Shown: positions 1 through 12,763, counted from the stretch's first letter. The stretch: 64,000 nucleotides of DNA from Auanema rhodensis (GCA_964057225.1 OZ059897.1:9858001-9922000); one strand, 5' to 3'. Translations and numbers: made by a program. Notes: generated by a model not told the origin, from the letters alone.

Positions 1-1148
1 GATAAACACCACTTTGGAAAACTTCTTGACCGATAACGCTACAGTGAGGATGTACAGCAGCTTCCAAATATGAATTCAATAGCCATTGGTTGGAAGGACC
101 TTCAGGCAACATATCAATTATTATAAGCAAGTATAATCAAATTACCAGCTTGGAATAAAAGTTCACGCCCTCCACTTCCACTAGCTTCTAAATTTATGAA
201 AGCTCGAATGGAATGTCTCCAGTGATGTTTAGTAATAAACCCATGAGCTGCCTAATGTTTTAAAATATACTTATAATATGCTATCTTGATCTCACCAGCA
301 AGCTAGATTCCTCAGCTCCGTTAAATAAAAATATTACATCATGCTTAAGATTTTGTGGTTGAGTAGATAAAAGACGGATGAGCTCTAGCATTAAGGCGCA
401 ACTTATAAGGTCATCAGACCCACCTGGATGAATAGAGTTTAAACAACAATACTAATAAGCATCAATAACCGCTTCCAGTTGGCCAGCTATCATAATGACA
501 ATTCAAGAGAACAGCTAACTGATTATCAGCTCCTTGCGCACCTAATCTAGCAATGACATTTGATACCTAAACATTAGGCATTTCGAAATTAAGCTACAGC
601 GTCACACACATTTTTATAGCAAATGGAAAAACCATCAGTATCGAACTTCGGAACATCAAAACAGCCGGAAGGATTTTGAGTTTCAATCTCGAAGCGTACA
701 TCAGATGAAGCATGACTTTGAATTGTTCTAAAATAAGATTAAACAAGGATATTTGAATGATGGGTATACTTGAGCTCAGAGTAAATTCTGTTTCTAGTTT
801 GATATTCACATGCATACGATCCTGCTGGTTTAGGCCCAAACTCTGAGAGCTCCTTTAAGATTTTTTTGGCCCTTATCTCAGAAAAATGAGAATTATCTAG
901 AAAATTAAATGAAATTTAATTAAAAGGGCACGCGTACCATAAGAAGGTGCTTTAGGGGACGGCAGGCAAACGTGTAAGTGAGTTGATAAAACAAGTAAAA
1001 CAAAGATAAAAATATATATTAAGATCCAATCAGAACGTATAAGAAGCTTATTGCTATCATGTTTTGCTTCTACCGGTTGATTGACTGTATCTTCTTGGGG
1101 GAGCAAGTGCCCAGATCGAGCACCTCGTCGTCGTACTTCAGACGACAT
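1..1148 (-). CDS. Endoplasmic reticulum metallopeptidase 1-like (M28 family, ERMP1/FXNA); 5' part only, runs off the left edge; multi-exon
   Basis: Starts MSSEVRRRG..., followed by a TM segment. Spliced exons give [45 protein letters not shown] and [20 protein letters not shown], the M28/ERMP1 signature motifs. Confidence 0.92.
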
Positions 1149-1586
1149 TCATAAAATAGTCTAAATTAATTACAGAATGAAAAAAGTAATTAGCCGTAAT
1201 ATTTGCGCATCAATGTCACAAAACAGTGATGTTATCACTGTTACTTATCAGAGTCAGATAAACAAGTTTAGAAATCATATAAAACGCGGAGACACAAAAG
1301 AAGCAGAGACTAATAGCGTGGGCCAATTCGGACATCATTGAACCATGACGATTGCCCCCACTTAATGATATTCATACGTACTCTATATAACAATACAGTT
1401 AAAGTTATTCTGTGATCCAAACTTCACGACAAAAAATCACTATGATCAAAATGAAAGATTTAATTTTTTTAAAAAAATTCAAATGAAATTCTAAACAGAT
1501 AGAATGCTTGAATGTTATTATGAATCGTTATGTAATTCTTATGTACAACAAGACTCGTATTATTAATATCACATGAAACAGATTAA

Positions 1587-4500
1587 TTAGGATTGTATTT
1601 CAGACAAAGGTTGACGATGGCTGAAATGTGATAAAATACAGAATGCTAAGAAAACATAAAAACATACTGATTAGCTCTGCAATTCTTGGCTTCAGCTTCT
1701 AATTCTTTGAGATATTTTATTCCTTGTATTTTTTGCTAAACTTACTTTTTTAAGAATGAAAATTTAGTGCTTAACAAACCTTATTTAATTTCTTAACCTC
1801 AGCAATTAAATTTTCAACTTCGTTATTCTTTTTCTTCAGAATATCTTCCTATGAAACAAACAAATAATATAAAGTTGCATACACCAATTAAAAAATACCA
1901 ATCTTGTCACTGTAGAAATTATTTTCTCTTTCTCAGAACGAACATTTGCAAGAGAATTAGTCTAAAACTTTTTTTAATTTACTTTAAACGGTTTAGAGCT
2001 TACCAAATCCTGTACCAGTGCTGTTAATTTTTTATTTTCCAAAATAGCATTCTTGTCTTTGCAGGATCGAACTGAACTGAAATAAGAACAACAAATGTTA
2101 TAACATCAAGCAGTATACAGTACCTTTCAAGCTCATTGCCTCTTCGTATAGCACGCTGTGAAATTCTTTTCTCCTCTTCTAATTCATGAGCTTTAATTTT
2201 CAGACAACCCTGAGTATCTGTTAATTGTTCTTCCAAGGAGTGAATCAATAGTTTCATTTTAGAAATCTAAGTTTTAAAAAAATGAGAATAACTATCAACT
2301 ATATAAAACGTACCTTTTCTTCATATTTTCCAAATTCGTTCTCACGAATACTTTCTATTTCTTTCGTGGCTTTAGTATAATCCTGCGATAATAGTTTGAA
2401 ATCAACTTCCAATTTGTTTTTAGCAAAAGAAATACTAGAGATCTTCTCTTGCATGTTCGCAGCTTCAAAATTTAACTGATGTATACGATTATTCAAGCGC
2501 TCTTTATCGGCTAGAGCATTTTTCAAGTCCTAATAAATATAAAAATATTACAAAAAAGAAAAAAATATTTCCTACAGTTTTAACATTACATAATTCAGCT
2601 AGTTCTTCCCGAAGCGAGGAATATTTTAATTCTATCTCATGCTTAGCCAAGTGGAGCTTATGAAGATCTTTGTCTTTAGCGATAACAATATCTGTTTTCT
2701 TTCGTAGATCAATGTTAAATGTAGACAGAGAACGTTCGTAACCTTCGAGCTAAAACAGAAGCACATAAAATTCTGAAGAAGCTTACTTACTTTTTTATTC
2801 AAATTGAAATTGATAGCATCGCGTTCCGCCAACGAATCTTGCAGAATTATAATTTGCGACTTCAATTTGTCAATTTCTTCTCGATCTACAATTAGTTGGT
2901 CATCGGGAATGGTTGGAGCAATTGATTTATCATTCTAAAACAAAAAATTAAATTCTAATATTAAATATTAGTTCTCAAAACCTCAAGAAGTACAGTATTC
3001 AAAGCTTCTAAATCAGATACTTTTTTCTGGTACTGTTTAATAGTTTCATTGGCATGATCAAGGGAAGACTGTACGCTAATTTGTTTTTGTTTCATTTCCT
3101 CGATTCTATCTGCCTATAAGAAAAGAAAGTAAATCTAAATATTATTTCTTCTCACATGTAGCTTATCGGATTCCTGTTTCTGTATCTCCAATTGTTCTTT
3201 CAGATACAAAACTTCTTGGCTAAGAGGATCATCAGAATTATGAATAGAGTTTAGAAGTGTCTGAAATACATTATACACACGCACAAAGTTTAGAGAGGAT
3301 TACTTTTGCCTTTTCTAACTCTTCCCTTTCAGTCTTTAGAAGTTCGTTGTAACTATCTTTCAGATTTACAAGCGATGACTCGTATTCCTTCTGAATAAAT
3401 TATTCATATTAATACGTAATTACTATAATTCCCAACTCTTTCTTTATTATGCTCCTCTTCCACATAAGAGCAGCGTCTTTGCAGACTTTCCAACTGTTCA
3501 GTTATTCTTTCCACATTATCAACAGCATCATTTCTTTCACACTAAAGTAGAACAGCTTGTACATATAGTATAAAAAATATAAAGATCATTTATACCGTTA
3601 GAACAGTAACAGTTTTCTTCATTTCTTGAATGGTTGTTGCCAATTCTTCTCCTCTCAGGCGCATACGTTCTCGTTCAGACGTACTTTCTAAATCCTCTAT
3701 GATCTTTTGCTAAATCAAGAATTGTATAAAGGTCGGAATATAAATATTACTTCTAAATCTAAGTTTTGCTTCATCAAACTTTTATTTTTAGATTCTAATT
3801 CTTGAAGTTTGTTTCGCAGATGCCCCTAAAACAAACTACATACTTTTGTATTCTATGCACAAATCACATTTTCCTCCATGAGACGATCTTGACGCTCATG
3901 GTTTAAGTCAATCTGTTCTGCTGCAGATTGAAGCTTTAGAAGGAGCTCTTTAACTTCTTGAGTCTCCTGCAAAGCAGCATCACAAGTTTCACTTATTGCC
4001 TCGATTTGTTTATCCTAAACGTTAACATGTTATAATGTTAAGAGAATAACTAAACCTCTTCAACAATCTTCTTCTCAAGGCTGATTTCCTTAGAGCATAC
4101 GGATGTGTTCGAAAAGTCAGACATTCTGTTTGTATTAGAGATATTAATATTTTCAAATGGCTGAAAACAGAATGTAAATAAATCATAAAACAAAATACTA
4201 AACTTCAATTTTTTCTTCACTTTCCTCCGATAGTCTATCGAAAGATAAATTTCTATTTTCCATCTTAGCCAAAAATTCAGAAAATTTGTCCTGAATGAAA
4301 ATTGAATCAGCATAATTACTTGTGTACATACTGATTCGTCCTGTTCGGGAATTTGGGCGAAGCCTGTTCGAAAGATTTTCGATGGAGGAGAGGAAACACT
4401 TAGTTTACCATTTCCAGGAGCCCAAGTCATCCGCCTATTATTAACGCGCTTCATCTAAAAATTATGAAATAATAAAGGTTTCTCAATAACCAGAACCTGA

Positions 4501-6074
4501 GGAGCAGCATTATCCTTCTCATTAATAATACTTTTCATCAAAGACTTCAACCTCTCTCTTTCATCTTCTAGGTTATCATTAGTTTGAGTTTCCACTTTTT
4601 GCTGAAAGAATTTTACAGTTAACAGAATTAATCTGATCTAATCTCTTACATTTTCTAGTTGCTGCTTAAGAGCCTCAATTTCTGCTAAATACTTTCCTAG
4701 TACTCCATCTTCGGTGCCAACATTAATGGTTGGTCTAGATTTAACTAGTTTTACTTGTCGAGCAAACTGTGAACAATATTTTAGGCTTAGTTATACCATA
4801 AATCGTAATACCTTCAAAGTTGAACATGTTTCCGATGCAAACCGAGGATTAACACAGCAAACAACCAACGTTTTACTGTTACCTCCTAAACAAGGTTTCA
4901 AAATTCTAGTAAGCTTAGAGTCTCTATAGGGAACATGACCAGCGCAACGTTTTTTGTCAGACAGAATTGAGATAACTTTAGTGAGTGCTAGTAGAGATTT
5001 ATTAATATTGCCACCTTCCTAAATAAAAATTATAAGCAAATATCTCGATATGCTTAACATGCTTTTTGACGAGCACTTAGTCCAGCAGTAGCATCCCCAT
5101 TTTCACTACCAGCTAAATCTACCATATTAATTATGGAGGAGCGAGATTTGAAGCTTCCTTTAAAAAAATTAAAATTTAATTAGAAATATTTGAAACTAGA
5201 CCCTACCAATCCCGTCATTAGATTCTAAGCAAATTCTTAAAATCGCATGGGATCTACTAGATCTCTCATTCAATGCAGTTTCGCCTACTTGACGATTTTC
5301 TAAAGATTTCTTGTTGAAAACTTAAAAATAAATTTTTTAAATTCAACCTGCAGCACAAAATAGTAGATCTTCCACTTCTTCCCTACATGTAATGACTTGC
5401 TCAGTTAAACCTGGGACAAAAGGAATGTCGCCTTTTTCCTAAAAATTTAAGCATACCATTCAAACGTATATATTAACATACTTGAATAAGTAAATCTTCA
5501 CTATTGCTTAAAAGATCTCGAACTTTTTCGTTATATATTTCGAGGTAGGAGACTCGAATAAGATACTTTTTCTTATCCTGAAAAGGGGCAACATTTATCT
5601 CGTTGGGTAAAAAAATATCTAACTAAAGAGATCCTCGAGAATAAATCATTGAAGAGAAGATGAACAAGACCAAATGAATTACTTCCTGTTAGTGTATGTG
5701 TTTTACCTGAGAAAAAATTGTATGCTCGCAGAATAATATCGTTTACCTGCCCCACTCTGACCGTAAGCGCAAATTGCCACGTTATAACCATTCATCGACT
5801 CGTCCACAAGGTTTTTAATTGAGTTTTCATAAATATCTTCATTAGAAGATTCAGAAGAGTATATAGTATCTTAAAAAAGGAATTGCTCCGATTTCATATC
5901 TTATGCCTCACCAAAAGCATGTCTTTCATTTGTTCCTACTCTACATATTGAATTGTCTTCTATTTTCCATTCCAATTCTCCACCACTTTAAAAAAAAACT
6001 TGAATAGTTAGGTTTTTCCGCTCTCATAAATACCATGGTTTTATTCGCAACGCTACCATAATTGACTCCTCCAT
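1587..6074 (-). CDS. N-terminal motor kinesin with long coiled-coil tail, CENP-E/kinesin-7-like (~29 introns, roughly 1,050 aa by manual splicing)
   Basis: Starts [14 protein letters not shown]-loop [27 protein letters not shown], switch I NERSSRSH, switch [34 protein letters not shown] and CLGGNSKT are present. The post-motor motif RRMTWAPG lies at ~4415-4438. Heptad-rich exons follow, and the C-terminus is ...RQPLSEIQS*. Confidence 0.9.
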
Positions 6075-6260
6075 CTTGGCAATTTACGAATTCAGAAAAA
6101 CACAACCAGCACTAAGGAAAAAAATGAAATAAAATAAATAAGAAAAAAGTTTAAATCTCTATTAGCGTTGAAACTATGTATCTTTTTTTCTTTCAACAAT
6201 AATTCTCTCCTAAGAGTAAGCAACTCTATATTAGGAGAAGTGCAGTTTATGCTTCGGACA

Positions 6261-6297
6261 TTTCAAATTTGGCGTGTCCACCGAATTGGCGCGCAAA
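6261..6297 (-). promoter_or_regulatory. E2F/CDE-like and CHR-like (DREAM-type) elements upstream of the kinesin
   Basis: The minus strand reads TTTGCGCGCCAA...CACGCCAAATTTGAAA about 190-220 bp upstream of the kinesin ATG. GCGCC (E2F-like) and TTTGAA (CHR) are typical of cell-cycle genes. Confidence 0.5.
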
Positions 6298-6466
6298 CAT
6301 ATGTTTTCAGCGTTGAACAAATATCTTGACAGTTTGTTCGTTATATTATAAGTTGTAATCGGTTGTTATGTTTGAAGTTATAGTTTGGAAAACTTTTTAA
6401 AAGAAATTAATTTAAAAAAAAAGAGAAATTGAAAAAAAAAACTTTATTACAATTTAAGGATAAAAG

Positions 6467-7796
6467 TTAGTTAATTCCCAAATAATTCTTAGAGATCTGA
6501 ATTGCTTCTTCCAAAGAACATTCCTTCATGCGAGCAGCATTCTCTCTTATTTCGTTGTAGAGGAGAGTAGACCTGCAAATAATCTTTCTATCAGAATATC
6601 AGTAAAGTAATAAATTACAAATATCGTTCTCCGAAACTGTTAATTGTTGTAACAATAAGTTTTCCTTTATTTTCAGGGCGTCCAGCGAGCTTAAATCAAA
6701 TTTAATTATAAGGAGATTGGAGGCAAATATACCTGGAGAGCAGCGCAAACATTAGCTCCTGAAGAAATGCCACCTAAAATTCCTTCTTCTTTGGCTAATC
6801 TACGAGCCATTTCAATAGCATCATTAGAGTGAACACGGAGAGCTTCAGAATAGAGAGTAGTGTCCAAATTTCCGGGAATCACACCAATTCCCATTCCTAT
6901 ATCCGTTGGTTTTGTGAGTCATAAATATGTTCCAAACCTTGGATTTTATGAGGATTGTGGGAGAATCCGTTGATAACAGAGGACTCGAATGGTTCTACTG
7001 GATATACTCCAATATTGGGATTCTTCTCCTTTAAGAATCGTCCTACACCACTGAGAGTTCCACCGGAACCTACTCCGAAGCAAACAAGATCAACCTGAAT
7101 TTTTTCATAACCTTCTGAATTAAAACAGTACCCACTTTTCCCTCAGTCTGCTTCCAGATTTCTGGTCCAGTTGACTTGTAGTGTGCAGCTGGGTTGGCTG
7201 GATTGGCGAATTGGTCAAGAACATAAGCATTGGGGATAGCAGCCTTCAATTCAGCAACTCTGTCCAAGGCTCCTTTAACCATCAAAGCAGGATCAGTAAG
7301 AACAACTTCTGCGCCATAAGCTTTCAACAAGCAACGTCTTTCTACACTCATGGAAGCTGGCATAACCAAAATACATTTGTATCTTTAAAATAGTCTATAG
7401 TTTTTAGTTGTCACTTAAGTAACTACCCCTTGAGAGAAGAGACGTAGGCTAAAGCAATTCCCATATTACCACTAGTTGCTTCAATCAGAACTGTTTTTCC
7501 AGGAGTGATCTACATTTTAACACGTTCAAAACGGAACTATTGAAACTAATAAATAACCTTTCCTTCTTTCTCAGCTGTCTCAATCATATTGTAAGCAATT
7601 CTGTCCTTAACGGAAGCAGCAGGATTGGTGTATTCAAGTTTCACAGCTAGAAGATACGGTCAATTGCGAAAAGTAAAAATGATTTACCAATTTTGGCTTC
7701 TAATCCTTTTGGAATATTGTTCAAAAGAAGAAGAGGAGTTTGTCCAATAACTTCACTGCCATCACGGGCCATAAACTCAGAACGATGTTGACTCAT
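6467..7796 (-). CDS. cysl-2: Cysteine synthase-like / beta-cyanoalanine synthase (PLP-dependent)
   Basis: [47 protein letters not shown] (PLP lysine), [48 protein letters not shown] and [13 protein letters not shown]. Best match from memory is C. elegans CYSL-2; paralogue identity is less certain. Confidence 0.88.
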
Positions 7797-7952
7797 TTTG
7801 AATCTATAATAGAAAGTAATTACCTAGTTCAAAAAGTAATGATTTTGTAAGAATCAGCAGCCTCGCCCTAAATGACACGAAAATAAAGAAAAAAACAGGA
7901 ACTGAAAAAATCAGACAGTTTACTTATCTACATATGGAACGAGACCGTGAAT

Positions 7953-8266
7953 GCTTATATACAGCGATGTGGTCACAAATACGTGACAAAGTAAAAATGA
8001 TTTTAGAGGCGGTCTCTGACAGACCAGACAAAATTTTCAAAACAAGAGACAGATTAAAAAGTGGTTATGATGTGAGTAGCATATCACAATAGAAGCGTTG
8101 TATGTTACATGAATATGTAAATGTTTGTTTAACTGTTTAATTTGTTATCTTCAAATTCTCAAAGTCCAACTTGATCGTTTCATGTGCTGGTAGTTCTTTG
8201 ATAATTTGATTAGATAGTCCAAGAAGCGTTCGAACCAAAAATGCGCTATCTCCCGTTTGTCACGTA
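7953..8266 (-). promoter_or_regulatory. cysl promoter: TATA-like box plus two hypoxia-response-element (TACGTG) copies
   Basis: TATATAAGC on the minus strand at 7953-7961. TACGTGACAAA at 7980-7990 and its exact reverse complement TTTGTCACGTA at 8256-8266. Confidence 0.5.
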
Positions 8267-8774
8267 GAGAATTTAGGAAACAATTAAGAATCAAAATGTA
8301 ATTAAGAACTTTTGATCGGTCAAACTTGATCTTATACGACAATAATAATAAAAGCATATATATATACCATAAACCAGCTAAAATTATGCAGCCAATATAA
8401 TTACATAGGTTATATAACCTTCATATATCTCAGTTTTCAATATAACAGTTGTTTCAGAACATTGTTTTCATGCGATAATATTTCTTATCATGTGAGAATT
8501 TTTGGCTAACAAAGATCAAATGCACGTTTGATCTTAGATAAATGTGAAACTGCGGTCAATTTGTTAAAACTTCTGAAAAAAGAGAAAGGAAATGTGGAAT
8601 CATAGTATAAATTTAGAATTAATTTTTAATATTATTGTAGAAGGATAGTTTTCGCGGAAAAAAGGCATATTATATAAATCGGAATAAATGTTTTGATAAA
8701 ACTAATCGATAACTCCTATCACACGTGAGCTAACGTGGAAAGTTTAATTTCTTTGTTACTCTAAAAGTTACACA

Positions 8775-11702
8775 ATGCAAGAGGTTTAAATCTTTGCGCA
8801 ATTTGTTTAATATTAAAAAATAGGTTCAGGTGGCTTCAAGGCCTGCTGAATCTACTAGAGTAACAACCAAATCAAGTACAAATAACAGTTCACGAAGGAA
8901 AACAGCCCTTAGCAGTGAAGATGGTTATTTCAATTATTTAATATGTCCTTATTTTGTATTTTGTATTCAAGCTCTTAATCGCACAGAACAAGGATCAAAA
9001 ATATCAAAACTAGATGTTAATGCGGATAAAGTAGAACCTTCGTTTATTGATGATGAGGATAGTATTTCGGACGAATTAGAGGTGATTCGTAGTAGAGAGA
9101 ATCAAGACTACTTTAATAGGGTAGGTAAAATATTATTTTGATGCTGATTACGTTTTAATTACGTCTGGCAAGCTATTATTAATTTTGTAAAATTATAACA
9201 GTTCATTTATATAGCTATGCGTGGGAAAATTAACGCGCTTAGCTCGTCACCGATCACTATGGAATAATGAGTTCAACGCATATTTTGTGGTCCTGATATT
9301 TCTATTGACATTTGATGTTCTAGTCCAATTTTCTATGCATTTAAACAAATATGGAAGTGAGATTTATCTCCAAAACCTAACTTATTGCATTTTCTTTAGC
9401 TGCTTTCTTACCTGCATATACTATTTCAATGATTTTTGTTTCATTCCCATTATTATATTTGGAACTAGCCTTGGGCCAATACACATCTAGCACTTCGTAT
9501 CATATATTTGATCGAATGGCACCTGCATTTGCAGGTACTTTTAGAAAATCGTGTTTATAATGTTTAATTATATCATCGGTAGGCCTTGGCATTGCGTCTA
9601 TGGTGTTCAACTTCTTTAAAATTCTTTCGGAGACCGCTATGCTAAGAATTTTTCTGCAATTTTTATCGAAAGCTGCTAATTTCTTAGGCGCGGGATTGCC
9701 TTGGAATAGTTGTAATAACGATCATAACAGCGGAAGTACGGTTCAATAAAATCAATAAGAATAAATTAAATTTCAAATTTAGGGTGTTTTCACTCGAAAA
9801 ATCCATGTATGATGCTAAATTTCTCGCCATCACCTGATGAAGAGAAAGCGTCCTCATTCTTTTTAGGGTATGATAAAGAAATCATAGAATTTGCTGCAAA
9901 AGTGAAATAATTACAGAATAAAAAGAGATGTATGCTTTATTACCGATATTCCTGCCATGCATTCTCAAATGGAGCGAGGATTAGAAACTCAAGAAGGGAT
10001 TGATTGGATTCGGAATGAAGCTATGGGACAATTCATGTCTGTTGATCATTCTGTTCAATAGTTACATCAATTTAGGTTTTGGAATATCAATTTCGACAAA
10101 CTTACAGTACCATATTATCCATCTATTTCCTTTATAATTTTAACATTTGTATGTGTTTCCTTGCTTTATATAATTTCACAATCAAGCAACCGCATTATTA
10201 TGAGTGTAAGTATCGTAAGAATACACTCGATATTTCCTCATTATAGGTTGCTAAAGCAGGCATCATTGTTCTTGTTTCTGTTATCTTCATCCTTACTCTA
10301 CATTTTTTGTCTGCTGTAGAGATCCCACCTCAGATTCTTCGACCTGTTCATTTTTTCGATGTTTTAGACAGTCATATGTGGATATCTGCTGTTTTACTGG
10401 TAGATAACAGAATAAGTTTCAATTTAACAAGTAGTCGTTCAGAGTCTGTCAGCTTTAAAAGTGGGGCAAGGTGGTTTGTCTTATTTAGGAGCCCAAAATA
10501 AATTCAACCATAATTTGATGAGGTTTTTTAGGAGAATCTATAAGTTTTTAAACAAATTTTAAAATTTCAGAAATAGCTTTCTATACCTGATTATAATGAT
10601 TTTCATGCCTATGTTTTATGCTGTAATTCATCTCATGATAATTCATAATTCAACCTCCTATATCAATAGTAATTCAAAATTATAGTAATAATCTTTTTTT
10701 TATTTTTAGGAGACAAATTTGTCGATCATCCAACAATGAAGAGATACATTTCTCATCCTATTATTCAAATTTTATTCTTAATGCAAGGGATGAACTCTAC
10801 CAACGAGACCTACGGAATCTTTTTCTTCTGTATTATGGGTATTTTACTCGTACTTTGTAATTCGGTTAAATAAGTATTCAAAACTCTTTTAATACCTTAT
10901 GTTTAGCTGATTCGACTTGAAATACTTGTTTCATCAATGATAGAAGCTTTCCCCTTTTTCACATACGATGGCAGAAACAGTCGTAGTGCTGTAGTTTGTA
11001 TCATTTTGTGTTTTGTGTTCATGTATTCTTTCTTATTTGTCAGTTCGGTAGTTAGTACTTGTTATTTTTCTATTAATCTGTCGTTTTTCAGAATGGCTTT
11101 GCAATACAGTTAGCTTTAGATGATTTAGTTTATCCTGATATTGTCTTGGTTATAATCTTGTTCCAACTGCTTGCTGTTTGCTGTTGTTACGGCCCAAAAC
11201 GTCTTTTCACAAACATCAGTTGTATGATCCACAGCACAAAAATAGTGATTAATTTCAAAAAACGATATCAAACTTTATTTATAAACTTCAGGATGTCTTT
11301 TTTTCAAATATTTTCAACATGATAGTTGCTATTCTTTGGACTGTCGTAATTCCTGCTGTAGTCTTGGTAATACATGTTTTCTGAACTACAGTCAATTCAA
11401 ATTCAGTTTGTTCTTTATTCTCGAGTCAAGCAACAGTATGAATCGGATTATGCAAATATTCTGGAAGTACCATCATTAATAAGATTTGGAATTTTGTCTT
11501 TAATTCCTGTAATTATGTTCCAAAGGGTTGTTTTTCCGAAATTAACATTCTTACTTATAATTTGCAGCTCATGAACTATTATGCAGTTGGAAAAGATATT
11601 TTCGCCTTGTTCAAACCTCACCGAGAGCTTTGGGGCCCAAAATCAAAGAAAGACAGAGATCGCGTACACAAAAAGGAAAAAGAATTTCTCATTCAATATT
11701 AA
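8775..11702 (+). CDS. Divergent SLC6/SNF (sodium:neurotransmitter symporter family) membrane protein; multi-exon
   Basis: Spliced exons give RSLWNNEF...KYGTAFLPAY...PLLYLELALGQYT...FDRMAPAFAGLGIA...LPWNSCNNDHN...NKFNHNL...CYGPKRLF...LWGPK. This is the SLC6 motif order, with multiple TM helices. Confidence 0.8.
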
Positions 11703-11864
11703 CTCAAGGAGCATTTACTGTAATATTTTGCATTTAATACTGAACATTACTGTTTGAATGCCTTAAATCAGAGAGGGTAAATATATAATTATGCTATTTA
11801 TTCACAGGTCTATGATTTTTTGACAATATTGTCAATCTAGTATTAATGTTTTTCACATCTAGTT

Positions 11865-12573
11865 TCATTCAAATATATCAGGAGTTTCTTGTACTTCATC
11901 TATTTCATCACTCATTGATTCTTCTGCTGTTTCTAATTCTATATCATCCTCAGTCTCGGCTGTTTGATCGGCCGCACTTTCTATAGCGCTCTCTTCTAGT
12001 ATATCAGTTTCAGTCAGCTGAAAAATAATTTAAGCGCAAGCATACTATAATAACCAAACGTCATTTTCATTGTCTTCCCCGCCTAATTGAGAATCATCGG
12101 CATTTTGCTTAGTTCTAATTGTATAATCAGGCCAGCCATCAAGAGCATCTTCCAAAAATTCGAACATCCAGTTCGTTTTAATTACACGATCTGTAAAACT
12201 TTAGGATTTATAGAAGAAACCTATTGAAAGGAATACCAATATCTTTACGCTGAACAGTTTTTCTTCTTTCATTCGCCGCCTGCGTATAGCAAGCCTTTGC
12301 AAATTCTGCAATGAAGAGTTCCTAAAGAAACGTAAAGTCAGACTTTGCGAGTATAATAGACACCGTAGATTTTGTTACAAGCCTTACTGCATCGGAATTT
12401 AGCATGTGTACCTAAATTAAACTAAATAATCACACTTTGCCAGTTTTACTTACATCAGGATCTAATTTACATATTTTTTTAATTTTTGAAAGAGGTAGTT
12501 CACTATGCAATATCTGATCAATGCGGCTTTCTAATTCGTCCATTAATTGTGAGTCATCAATAATCACATCCAT
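11865..12573 (-). CDS. Histone-fold protein, POLE4/Dpb3 (CHRAC-related)-like, with acidic C-terminal tail; copy 1
   Basis: LPLSKIKKICKLDPDV-HMLNSDAVRLVTKST-ELFIAEFAKACYTQAANERRKTVQRKDI-DRVIKTNWMFEFLEDAL (H2A-like CBFD/NF-YC-type fold), followed by an E/D-rich tail. Confidence 0.85.
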
Positions 12574-12750
12574 CTTAATTATATAAATAAACTTATAATA
12601 TAATTTATAAACTTTTTTCTGAACACAATAAATGAGAAAAAATAATAAAAAGTAATAAATAAATAATTTCAAAAAATGCAAAATAACGTGTAAACTAGAA
12701 TAGAATATCGTTACCAGTCGATAAACTATAGAAATATTTTAAATGGTTGA

Positions 12751-12763
12751 TTTCGCGCCAAAA
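12751..12763. promoter_or_regulatory. E2F-like site TTTCGCGCCAAAA upstream of POLE4-like (duplicated at 16091-16103)
   Basis: Canonical TTTCGCGC core about 180 bp upstream of the ATG of a replication gene. Confidence 0.5.

Noticed and set aside
1668-1690. CRAN as a CENP-E-type CAAX box
   Set aside because: It is not followed by a stop in either the spliced or the intron-retained reading.
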